The notes under the pieces: generated by a model | What the model saw: the letters and a program-made list of their open reading frames with translations, nothing else | Databases searched by the model: none | Told to the model about the DNA's origin: nothing | Assembly: GCF_020745735.1 (NCBI RefSeq) | Contig: NC_083401.1 | Coordinates: forward strand, 117,301,740-117,365,739 | From: Hemiscyllium ocellatum | Taxonomy: Eukaryota | Direction of reading: 5' to 3' | DNA: 64,000 bases | Made by a program: the position numbers and the translations under genes | In this document: positions 51,824 through 63,105 of the stretch, one piece after another | Numbering within the stretch: the first letter of the stretch is position 1 | Layout of the letters: every line of letters begins with the position of its first letter

Positions 51824-52651
51824 TAAGACCATAAGACATAGGAGTGGAAGTAAGCCATTCGGCCCATTGAGTCCACTCTGCCATTCAATCATGGCTGATG
51901 GGCATTTCAACTCCACTTACCAGCATTCTCCTCATAGCCCTTAATTCCTCGTGACATCAAGAATCTACCAATCTCTGCCTTGAAGACATTTAGCATCCCG
52001 GCCTCCACTGCACCCTGTGGCAATGAATTCCACAGGCCCACCACTCTCTGGCTGAAGAAATGTCTCCGCATTTCTGTTCTGAATTGACCCCCTCTAATTC
52101 TAAGGCTGTGTCCACGGGTCCTAGTCTCCTTGCCTAAAGGAAACAATTTCCTAGTGTCCACCCTTTCCAAGCCATGTATTATCTTGTAAGTTTCTATTAA
52201 GTCTCCCCTCAATCTTCTAAACTCCAATGAATACAATCCCAGGATCCTCAGCCGTTCCTCGTATTAGACCAACCATTCCAGGGATCATCTGTGTGAATCT
52301 CCGCTGGGCACGTTCCAGTGCCAGTATGTCCTTCCTGAGGTGTGGGGACCAAAACTGGACACAGCACTCCAAATGGGGCCTAACCAGAGCTTTATAAAGT
52401 CTCAGTAGCACAATGGTGATTTTATATTCCAACCCTCTTGAGATAAATGACAACATTGCATTGATTTTCTTAATCAAGGACTCAACCTGCATGTTTACCT
52501 TTAGAGAATCCTCGACTAGCACTCCCAGATCCCTTTGTACTTTGGCTTTATGAATTTTCTCACCGTTTAGAAAGTAGTCCATGCTTGTATTCTTTTTTCT
52601 AAAGTGCAAGACCTCGCATTTGCTCACATTGAATTCCATCAGCCATTTCTG
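51824..52651 (-). mobile_element. relatively young CR1 3' fragment
   Basis: ORFs 52217-52639 and 51907-52236 (MEFNVSKCEVLHF...LYKALVRPHLECCVQFWSP...FFSQRVVGLWNSLP) with one frameshift; short tandem tail. Confidence 0.92.
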
Positions 52652-54194
52652 GAAGAGACACTGAGAGTAAATTTGAAATCAACTTGGAGCAAGTATCTTT
52701 TCTGGATACTCATAGGGATTTGAGGAAAAAAAGGAAAAAGAAAAAGATACTGTTGTCAGAGAGGAGGACAAATCACTTTGTTTCCAAAAACTTGTCAGAG
52801 TGGATATTAGCCACATATTATTTTATATAGCATTGAAGATTGAATATGTTGATATGTTTAATAATAATTGACTGAGTTAACTACTACTATGAGTCAAATT
52901 CCTCCAACGTTCAATATGTTCAGGTCCACAGATGCTGAACTTTGTCTTACGACAAGGTTTTTTCAGCTGTGCAGCCTTATTATGCAGTTTCCAAATTGAC
53001 AGAAAGGATACAAGCTGTAGCTCATTTGTACATTTGTTTTCAGTAACTGTTTTGTTTTTCAAATAATTTTTTACAGAGGTCAAGAAAAATGCAATATAAC
53101 AGAGCTAGAAGAGAACAATGCATCACAAATGATATTCAGTCCAACTTGGCTGCATTCACTCTGCACAAGCATGATAACTTAGTGCCTTTTGGCTGTTTAT
53201 TCCCTATACCCGTGCACATTGCTTCTATATAAGTAATTATCCAATGCCCCCCGAATGCCTCATTTGACTGCCTCCACCACACTTTCGCAAATGCGTCCAG
53301 ACCCAAACTATTCATTTTGCGAAAGGGATTTTTTTCACATCAGATTTTCTACATTTACACATCACTTTTAATCTATACCCTCTTGTTTTTGAGATTTTTA
53401 CACACGAAACAGTTTTGTCCTGTACACTCTATGCAGACCTCTTATGATTTTGAAAATTCCTATCTTCTTACTTTTCTTCTTCAAGGAAAGCAGTCCAAAT
53501 TTCTCCAATCTATCCTCAGAAATCATGTCATGTTTGAAACAATTTCTGTAATCCTCTTTGGCAGTCTCTCCAATGTGTTCACATCCTTCCTATAATGTGG
53601 TGCCTAAAACAGTACTTCAACTGAAGTCAAAAAAGTTTCTTGTATAAGTTCAGTATGATCTAATTGCTCTTGTACTTATAACCCAATTAATAAAGCCTAA
53701 GATGTTATATGCCTCTCTGTCCACCTGTCTTGCCACATTCAGTGATCTGCTGTTGCACCCTTTTGGTATTGTGCCCTTTCTTTAATATTATCTGTTTATA
53801 TGTTTCTGACCAAAATGCATTACTTCACAATGCTGTGCATTAAAATCATTTGTCAGCCATCCACCCACTCCACCAACTTGTCTGTGACCTTTTGGAGTTC
53901 CACAGTTACAAAACGTTTTGTACCATCTTTGAAATTGTCCCCTGCCGACCAAGGTCCAGATCATTAGTTTAAAGAAAAGCATGGAGGACAATGTGGGCCC
54001 CCAGGGATCTGCACTACTAAACTTTCCTTCAGCCCACAAACATTCATTGTCCATTACTCTCTGTTTCCTTTTACTCCACAAATTATGTATCCATGATAGT
54101 ACTGCTACATTTATTCCATGATACGTAATCTTTTTGACAGTTCTATTGTGTGGTATTTTATCAAATGCCTTTCAAAAGTCCACATATATCATGG

Positions 54195-54568
54195 AGTGGC
54201 ATCATGCTCAGTGGTTAGCATTGCTGTACCTGGGACCTGGGTTTGATTCCACCCTTGGACAACAGTCTGTTTGGAGTTTGCGCATTCTTCCCGTGTTTGT
54301 ATGGCTTCTTCAGGGTGCTCCAGTTTCCTTCCATAGTCCAAAGGTGAATAGAATAGATGGATTAGCCATGCTAAATTGCCCACAGTGTCCAGGGATGCGC
54401 AGGTTAGGTAGAATAGCCATGGAGAATGCAGGTTTGCAGGACTAGGATTGGTGGGGGGTGGGAGTGGGGGGGGGGTGGGGGAGGGTCTAGAAGGGATGCT
54501 CTTTGGAGGGTCAGTGTGGAGCCGATGGGATGAATGGCCTGCTTTCACACTTTAGGGACTCTATGATT
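54195..54568 (+). mobile_element. HE1-like V-SINE
   Basis: GCTCAGTGGTTAGCA A box, GGGTTTGATTCC B box, V-domain, tail. Confidence 0.88.
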
Positions 54569-54682
54569 ATATCATCAGCGTTATCTTTATCAACCCTTTC
54601 TGTTACCTTTGCAAAAAAAGTCCAGGAAGTTATTCAAACACAATATAGCCCAAGTTTGGCCCTACCTAAGCATCTTTACCTT

Positions 54683-55428
54683 GGTGAGTTTGGAGAAGAT
54701 TTATAGCTCAGGTTGGGTTCTCGATGTCCGTTTGCTCACTGAGCTGAAAGTATCATTTTCAGACGTTTTGTCACCAATAAGTAACATCATCAGTGAGCCT
54801 CCGGTGAAGCACTGGTATTATGGCCCACCTTCTATTTGTGTTAGGTTTCCTTGGGTCAGGTATGTCATTTCCTATTCTTTCTTTCTCAGAGGGTGATTAA
54901 TGGGATCCAAGTCAATGTGTTTGTTAATAGACTTCCAGTTGTAAATGCAATGTTTCTAGGAATTATTGTGTATGTCTTTGTTTGGCTTGTTCTAGGATGG
55001 ATTTGTTGTCCCAGTCAAAGTGATATCTTACCTCATCTGTGTGTAAGGATACTAGTGACAGTGGGTGATGTCTTTTTGTATCTAGTTGATGTTCATGCAT
55101 CCTGGTGGCAAGTTTTCTGCCTGCTTGTCCAATAGAGTGTTTGTTACAGCTCTAGCAAGTATTTTGTAAATGATGTTCATTTTGCTTGTTTGGCTGTATA
55201 GGGTATTTTAAGTTCATTAGCTGCTGTTTTAGTGTATTGGTGGGTTTGTGGGCGACCATGATGCCAAGAGGTCTCAGTAGTCTGGCAGTCATTTCCAAGA
55301 TGTCTCTGAGTGGCTAGGGTTTTGGGGCATGTTTTGTCTGCTTGTTTGGGGTTTGTGGCTGAGACATCGACAGACTATGGTCTTTGGGTACCCTTTCTTT
55401 TTGAATATGCATACAGGTGAATTTCTTC
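54683..55428 (-). mobile_element. Penelope-type PLE 3' fragment, decayed, with HHR at 54759-54796
   Basis: Homologous to 7274-8141 and 15046-16308; minus strand UCA-CUGAUGA-U-GUUAC-UUAUUG-GUGAC-AAAA-CG-UC-UGA. Confidence 0.85.
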
Positions 55429-55431
55429 CAC

Positions 55432-55749
55432 ATTTTTTTTTAGATTAGACTTACAGTGTGGAAACAGGCCCTTCAGCCCAACAAGTCCACACCGACCCGC
55501 CGAAGCGCAACCCACCCATACCCCTACATTTACCCCTTACCTAACACTACGGGCAATTTAGCTTGGCCAATTCACCTGACCCGCACATCTTTGTGACTGT
55601 GGGAGGAAACCGGAGCACCCGGAGGAAACCCACGCAGACACGGGGAGAACGTGCAAACTCCACACAGTCAGTCGCCTGAGTCGGGAATTGAACCCGGGTC
55701 TACAGGCGCTGTGAGGCAGCAGTGCTAACCACTGTGCCACCGTGCCGCC
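55432..55749 (-). mobile_element. full-length young HE1-like V-SINE
   Basis: GGCGGCACGGTGGCACAGTGGTTAGC head, GGTTCAATTCC B box, V-domain, CTAAT/poly(A) tail; CpGs retained. Confidence 0.93.
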
Positions 55750-57904
55750 CTTTACCTTTTACCATGTGACTGCTAATTCTATCTGAATAATTAATTCCAG
55801 AAACTTTACCACTGAAATTAAGCTGACTGGTCTGTTATTGCTGGTTTAATCCTTACAATCTTTTTGAATAAGGACATAATAACTTCAATTCTCCAGTCCT
55901 CTGACACTTCCCCTGAACTTCAAGAAAACTGAAGATCCACAGGTAATACTTCTGCAATTTCCACTGTTGCTTCCTTTGGGATCCTTGGGTGCATCCATCT
56001 GGTCATGATGCCTTGTCAACTTTAAGTAATGATAACCTAACTAACACATTCTTCTCATTAATTTTGACTCTATATACTGACAATGCCGTCCTCGGCCACC
56101 ACGGTTTGAGTAGCATTTACTTCCTTCGCAAAGACAGGTCCAAAGTATTCATTTAATATCACAGCCATGCCTCTTGCCTCCATGTCTAAATCCCTTCTTG
56201 GTCTCTAATTCACCCGACTCCTCCTTTTACTATCCTTTTACTATTTACCTTCCATCATGCAAAACTACTCTATGTGAAAGATAATGACAGTGACCACAGC
56301 CAGAGTGGATGCTGAAAATGTCTTGACCTGTGAGGGAGAAGTCAACAAAGCCCACTGATGTGAAATCCTTGAGAGTGCAAGAATAAAACACACAGACCAC
56401 GCACTATGCAGGATGCGGGTCCCCTATCCCTTGGCAATCATAAAGCATTGGTGTCTGTGTACTGTACACTTCTCCAACCCCATCTAATGTATTCAGTATT
56501 CAGCACCAACACATTTGCACATAGAAGCCAGGGAAATGATAGTGATGTTTGACCAAGAGGAGCAATGGTGCCAATAAAACCAATCTCCCTATATACACCT
56601 TGTTTAATTTCCTTCCACAGGCTGCAGTAGGGTCTCATCAATAAACATAAATCTATGGTACATCAGATACTGACATTAAGTTAATCATCACACTAGCACA
56701 CTTACAGTCAAGGTGAGTCTGAGACTTAAACAAACAGATTTAATACTTGTGCAAGTATGATACTTTACGTACAATATGCTGCTACACATGCCATCAAACA
56801 ATGTTCTGTCTTAAGCTGTGGAAGTGCAGCTGTTCCAATGTTCCACACACAGTGATTTGGATTGGCATGCAATTATAGCATTGACATCTAGTTCTAGAAG
56901 TTGTAGACCATGCAGCTGGTAAGAAAATTAAAGGGAATGTTGCCCTCAAAAGATTTTTTCTTTCTTTCCCTGTTATTGTATCTCAGTGTTGTCACAGTAT
57001 TTGCAGCTAAGGTGAAGGAAGCCTGACAGTGGAATTGTTGGCCCATTGATTGGGTGATCCTGGTATCATTTTTTTGTGTGGGCAGCCCAGACATGCTGAG
57101 GGTCTTGCAAATGCATTCTCCTTGCGTTGAACTTCCAAAGGCTGAAGGGGGTCAGAAAGGGTGGAAGTCCAAGAAATTCAATAGTGTCCTGAGCGGCCTG
57201 TGTCCAGTGCGCGCTCCAGGTAGGTGTCACCACAAATCCTCCTCTTTCTCCTTTTGAGGAATGGTGTGGAGTTCATGCCATGTTCTACAACCGCCATGGC
57301 GATTCTTTGGTCATGAGGACCAATAACTGGGCCAACAAAGTGTGAGTGAGTGCATGAATCCAGCAGACTCTGAGGCTACTGACCTGACCCTCTATGTAAA
57401 CTGTCAACCTGTTCAGGGAGGCAGCTAGATGATTACATGTTTGAGACAGCTGGGTCTCCATAGCTACACTTCCTCCAGACTACCTCCTGGGTAACAAGGA
57501 CCATTATCACCCTCGCCCCTGTCTGCTGTTTTTGTTCCCCTCTGGATACTGGCATGAAATTCCTGACTGTTGTTGTCACAGGATCCTCTCCTCCGTTGGT
57601 GGCTGGTCTCCAGCAGTCCTCCTGAGTCTGGGGCATTTTTGTTCTGGGCCAACTACAGATCTGTTGCAGTGAGGTGCTCACCAGCTTGTACTCCCAAAGT
57701 GTTTCACTGTGACTTTCCCACCAAGATTCAATATCTGAGCTGATAAGGGATGTAGAAGTCAGCTTTGACAACGCTTCCTCTCAGGCCTTGAAACTCTTTC
57801 TCAGAGACCGAGTAAGTGGCTTTTGCGGAGTTTGCAGTTTCTCCACAAAGCCTATGGACAACCTGCTGGTACTTGCGAAACACAAGAGATAGAAGTCATT
57901 CTGA

Positions 57905-58295
57905 CCATAGAGTCAGAGGCATAGAGATGTACAGAATGGAAACAGACCATTCAGTCCAACTCATCCATGCCAACCAGATATCTTAACCTAATCTAGTTCC
58001 ATTTGCCAGCACTTGGCCCATATCCCTCTAAACCCTTCTTATTCATATACCCTTCCAGATTCCTTTTAAATGTTGTAATCGTACCAGCCTCCACCACTTC
58101 CTCTGGCAGCTCATTGCATACACGCACCACCCTCTGTGAAAATGTTGCCCCTTAGGTCCCTTTAAATTTTTTTCCCCTCTCACCCTAAACATATGCCATC
58201 TAGTTCTGGACTGCCCCAACCCAAGACCTTGTTTATTTACCCTACCCATGCCCCTCATGATTTTATGAACCTTTATAAGGTCACCCTTCAGCCTC
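57905..58295 (-). mobile_element. CR1 3' fragment
   Basis: Antisense of NELPEEVVEAGT; same terminus as the other HER1-like copies. Confidence 0.85.
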
Positions 58296-58379
58296 TGAGG
58301 AAACCAATGGTTGGAAATGGTGTATCATGAATGACTCAGACAGAAGGTGAAAAAGGGGGTTGCAGAATTTTCTCAGTTG

Positions 58380-58949
58380 GTGGGACATGGATGTCTTGGC
58401 ATCCCCACAGCAACAGTCCTGATCCTCTACTGTTGGCACTCCTGCACCATTCATGCTCTTTCCACCCTGCTTTTTTCTCCTGGTATGAGAGGAGAGGAGT
58501 GATTTAATGAGATGAAAATGGGTAGCACACCTGTTAGTGTTGTTGCAGTTGGTCAACAGGTGGTGATAAGTCCCGGACAAGTGAGGCCATGCAGTCATAG
58601 TGGTGTGAGAAGTTGGGTGAGTGAGAGCGAGTAGGGAAGATGTTGTGGGGTATAGTAAGAGTAGCAGAGTGGAGACTTGTTAGGAGCAAGAGCAGAGACA
58701 GAGAGAATACAAGGTCATAGACAGAAGGACCTGTCACTTACATGACAGATTGTAGGCGTTATTGACCTTCGTGCATCAGTTCTGGCTGTTCCTCCAGATT
58801 GTGGAGACTGCAGTGACTTGACCAGTTTCCAGGGTCTGATGTTATGATCTTATTCCTCCAGTAAATGGACACACCTCCATTACTCCATCCACCAGGACAT
58901 CCAGGTCCCTGCCAGAAAATCACAGTACTATTTTCTCCCTCTCATACAT
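58380..58949 (-). pseudogene. fossil Harbinger/PIF-type Myb/SANT-like DNA-binding ORF with an intron
   Basis: MYEREKIVL*FSGRDLDVLVDGVME...VTAVSTIWRNSQN*CTKVNN, then a GTAAGT donor (about 58736-58741), a pyrimidine tract and CCAG acceptor, then EKKQGGKSMNGAGVP. Confidence 0.6.
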
Positions 58950-59713
58950 GTTTAGAATGACTGTCCATCATCGAGCTGAGCAGCTTTGGATTGCTAGTAT
59001 TCATTTGGGTGCATAACAAACTTCAAATATGGCTTACACACCAGGGATGGTGACTTTTTGACAAATATCTGCTGAATTGTTGTTTGTCCCCAGAACAGCA
59101 AGTGGTGACATGTGGCTAGAATCAAGCAAAAAAGGTGCCATGGAATAGAAAAGGTTTTTGATAAGGTGGATTTGGTAGGATGTAGCAAGAGATCACACTC
59201 AGTATTGTGGTGAGAAACCCTTTGTGAAACTTGACAAAACTGACACTTGGCCAAAAATTTATACAATTCAGTCCCTTTTGCCCATTTTAAAGAAAGATTA
59301 ACTTTGTCGAAAAAATATGTAATAACTCTACATCTGTGACAGCAGGCCCGGGACAGCCTTTACTTTGAATTCTGAGTTTCTCTTGATTCAGATTGGCTAG
59401 GCAATATCAAGCAGCTTACTGATGAAATAGATTTCATTTTCAAACCACTACACCATTCAATGTAACTCATAGTTACATCCTGGCTGTGGAGGGGTGTTTC
59501 AAGGAGTGGCAGGCTACTGGAGATGATAGAAGGGAGAAAGTTGATTGGAAGGAGTTGTGGGGAAGGCGATCAGGAAAAGCGTGAGGTTCCAGTTGGCACA
59601 GAGGATTTATTTTGTCAAGACGACAGATGGAATGTGGGGTTGGGCTGGCCATGGTAGGTAATCTGGATGGGGTAGGTAATCTGGATGGGGAGAGAATGAA
59701 TGAATTTAGAGGA

Positions 59714-59901
59714 GGCGAAAGTGAGGACTGCAGATGCTAGAGATAAGTGTCAAGATTAGAGTGGTGCTGGAAATGCACAGCAGGTCAGGCAGCATCCGAG
59801 GAACAGGAAAGTTCTAATGAAGGGCTCCTGCCTGAAATGTCGATTTTCCTGTTCCTCTGATGTTGCCTGACCTGCTGTGCATTTCTAGCACCACTCTAAT
59901 C
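59714..59901. mobile_element. fold-back PLE-derived mini-element, degenerate HHR at about 59811-59845
   Basis: TSD ATGAAKTTAGAGGA (59700-59713 / 59902-59915); CUAAUGA-A-GGGC-UCCU-GCCU-GAAA-UG-UC. Confidence 0.88.
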
Positions 59902-60541
59902 ATGAAGTTAGAGGATCCAGGATTGGACAGCAATTGAGAAGATGGAGATTAATGTAAGAATGAAAGTGGTCAGTGTGGGGGAAAAAATAATGATGAAGAG
60001 ATGTAGAGGTGATTATTGGAGGAAAGCTAACCTGGAGGGATGTGGGATCTAGAGACAGAGAGAGAACCCAAAGAGAATTGAGGATCTAGAGCAAGGCAAA
60101 CAATCAGGAATAGGGAGATAGCCACCAGGACAAGTGTAAATAATTAAGAGGGGTAGAGGCATTTGGAGAAGCAATCTGGAAGTGAAAGATTTGTGGAGAG
60201 ATGACTGTTTGGAGGTGGAAGAGATCTGGAGGACAGGTAGCAATGATTGTGCTGGATTTGGGAGATTATAAGGAAAGCAATTATGAAGAAAGAGACAATC
60301 AAAAGGCAGTTGGGCAGTTAAAGTCAAGTTGGTGCCAAGAACCATTTTCAAGATTGCTTTAAATCTTAGGCATTTATCTTTATGGTGGAGGTCTCCAAGA
60401 GTAGTTTGAAAAACAGTTAAATTTCACTGCATGTAAACTTGGGGATATTGAAATTAGTCTAATGTCAGGCAGATGGCTCACTGCTTGTACTTTATTAAGA
60501 AGGAAGTTAATATTTCTAAAATAGCCATATTCAATACTTAG

Positions 60542-60699
60542 AATTGGAAAGTGTGGCGCTGGAAAAAGCACAGCAGTTCAGTTAACATCGAAGGAGGCAG
60601 GTGAGTCAACATTTTGAGCATTAACTTGCTGTGCTTTTTCCAGAGTCTCACTTTTCGACTCTGACTCTCCAGCATCTTGCAGTCCTTACTTTCTCCTAC
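60542..60699. mobile_element. fold-back PLE-derived mini-element (HHR lost)
   Basis: Exact 13-bp TSD ATTCAATACTTAG (60529-60541 / 60700-60712); inverted arms CTGGAAAAAGCACAGCA / TGCTGTGCTTTTTCCAG. Confidence 0.85.
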
Positions 60700-60712
60700 A
60701 TTCAATACTTAG

Positions 60713-61238
60713 GTACTGCGTTCAGTTCTGATCCTTTCTGTAGGAAGGATGTTGTGAAATTTGAAAGTATTCAGAAAAGATTTACGAGGGATGTTGCCAG
60801 GGCTGAAAGGTTTGAGCTATGGGAAAAGGTTGAATGGGCTGGGCTCTTTTCCCTGCAGTATGAGGGGGTGACCTTATAGAGGTTTATAAAATCATGAGGG
60901 TATAGATAAAATGAATATCCAAGAACTTTACTGCAGGGTAGCGGAGTCCAGAAGTAGAAGGCATAGGTTTAAGGTGAGAGTGAAAAGATTTAAAAGGGAC
61001 CTGAAGAGCAGCTTTTTCACACAGAGGGTGGTGCATGTATGGAATGAGCTGCCAGAGGAAGTGGTGGAGGCTGGTATAATTACAACACTTAAAATGCATC
61101 TGAATGGGTATGTGAATAGTAAGGATTTAGCCAGGTCTGGACAAATGGGACTAGATTAATTCAGGATATCTGGTGGGCATGGATGAATTGGACTGAAGGG
61201 TCTGTTTCCATACAGTACATCTCTGTGATTCTATGACA
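60713..61238 (+). mobile_element. CR1 3' fragment
   Basis: FFTQRVVHVWNELPEEVVEAG. Confidence 0.88.
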
Positions 61239-62885
61239 CTATCTGCCATGTGCTTGTTAAATGGATGTTTCTAAAATTAGAGTCTAATTTCATATGGCCT
61301 CCACATGATTTCTGCTGTGAGAACTTGACTGACATGGTCAATTTAAAATGTCAAAGACTGCCAGGAAGAATCCATATTTTGCAACTGAAGGCAAAACTTT
61401 TCAGTCACAGTTGGGATGAGTGCAGAATCTAGCAGGCTTAGAAATGCACAACAAAGATAGGTCTACCAGTTTGGTAACTTTAAAATATTCTTTTATTACA
61501 TTTCAGCATTGTTGGAAAGGTCAGTATTTGTTATTCATCCCTAATTGACTTTAAGAAGGTGATAATGAGTTGCCTTCTTAAAGTACTGCAATCCAGTAGA
61601 CATAGGGTACATCCAAGGTAATGTTAAGAAGGGAAATCTAACATTTTGACTCAGTGATCGTGAAGGAATGATGACACAGTTCCAAGCCAGGATAGCGTGA
61701 GACTTGGAAGGAACACTGGCAAATGGTGGTATTACCATGTGTTTCCTTCACTTGTCCTTCAAGGTGGTAATGGTTAGAATTTGGAAGGTGCTGTCAAAAT
61801 AGTTTTGCCAAATTGCTGCAGTGCATCTTGTAGATACACACTTCAACCATTGTATGCTCATAATTGACGGAATTAGTGTTTACGTTGTTGAGTAGAGTCA
61901 AGAATAGAGAGAGAACTAGCCATTTGGATCCAGAACTGGCTCAAAGGAAGAAGACAGAGGGTAGTGGTGGAGGGTTGTTTTTCAGACTGGCGGCCTGTGA
62001 CCAGTGGAGTGCCACAACAATCGCTGCAGGGTCCTCTACTTTTTGTCATTTACATAAATGATTTGGATGTGAGCATAAGAGGTACAGCTAGTAAGTTTGC
62101 AGATTACACCAAAATTGGAGGTGTAGTGGGCAGCAAAGAGGCTTACCTCAGATTACAACAGGATCTTGACCAGATGGGCTCATGGGCTGACAAGTGGCAG
62201 ATGAAATTTAATTCATATAAATACGAGATGCTGCATTTGGGAAAGCAAATCTTAGCAGGACTTATACACTTAATGGTAAGGTCCTAGGGAGTGTTGCTGA
62301 ACAAAGAGACCTTGGAGTGCAGGATCATAGATCCATGAAAGTGGAGTCACAGCTTGATAGGATAGTGAAGAAGGTGTTTGGTATGCTTTTCTTTATTGGT
62401 CAGAGTATTGAGTACAGGAGTTGGGAGGTCATGTTGCAGCTGTACAGGATATTGTTTAGGCCACTGTTGGAATATTGTGTGCAATTCTGGTCTCCTTCTT
62501 ATCGGAAAGATGTTGTGAAACTTGAAATGGTTCAGATTTACAAGGATGTTGCCAGGGTTGGAAGATTTGAGCATTGGAAGGCATGAACAGGCTAGGGCTG
62601 TTTTCTCTGGAGTGTCAGAGGCTGAGGGGTGACATTATAGAGGTTTACAAAATTATGAGGGGCATGGATAGGGTAAATAGGCAAAGTCTTTTTCCTGGGG
62701 TGACAGAGTCCAGAACTAGAGGGCATAGGTTTAGGGTGAGAAGGGAAAGATATAAAAGAGACCTACGGGGCAACTTTTTCACACAGAGGGTAGTACGTGC
62801 ATGGAATGAGCTGCCAGAGGAAGTGGTGGAGGCTGGTATAATTGCAACATTTCAGAGGCATTTGGATGGGTATATGAATAGGAAG

Positions 62886-63105
62886 AGTAAAAAGTGAGGT
62901 CTGCAGATGCTGGAGATCAGAGCTGAAAATGTGTTGCTGGTCAAAGCACAGCAGGTCAGGCAGCATCCAAGGAACAGGAAATTCGACGTTTCGGGCCAGA
63001 GCCCTTCGTCATTCCTGATGAAGGGCTCTGGCCCGAAACATCGAATTTTCTGTTCCTTGGATGCTGCCTGACCTGGTGTGCTTTGACCAGCAACACATTT
63101 TCAGG
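62886..63105. mobile_element. young fold-back PLE-derived mini-element with back-to-back HHR motifs
   Basis: Exact 13-bp TSD TATGAATAGGAAG (62873-62885 / 63106-63118); near-perfect inverted arms of about 85 bp. Confidence 0.93.
63011..63046 (+). ncRNA. minimal type I hammerhead ribozyme motif
   Basis: AUUC-CUGAUGA-A-GGGC-UCUG-GCCC-GAAA-CA-UC-GAAU: stem I AUUC/GAAU, stem II GGGC/GCCC. Confidence 0.85.

Larger units (their letters stand above)
53100..56255 (-). mobile_element. old CR1 copy hosting nested SINEs and a PLE
   Basis: CR1 RT remnants (FNAQHCEVMHFG; antisense of VDFxKAFDK) in segments 53100-54190, 54570-54682 and 55751-56255. Confidence 0.7.

Noticed and set aside
55690-55750. tRNA gene
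   Set aside because: The A/B boxes belong to the SINE head and run into the V-domain; there is no acceptor stem or Pol III terminator
56400-56640. HARBI1-like DDE transposase remnant
   Set aside because: Only vague similarity (HICT*KPG on +, VQYT on -); not enough to call by eye
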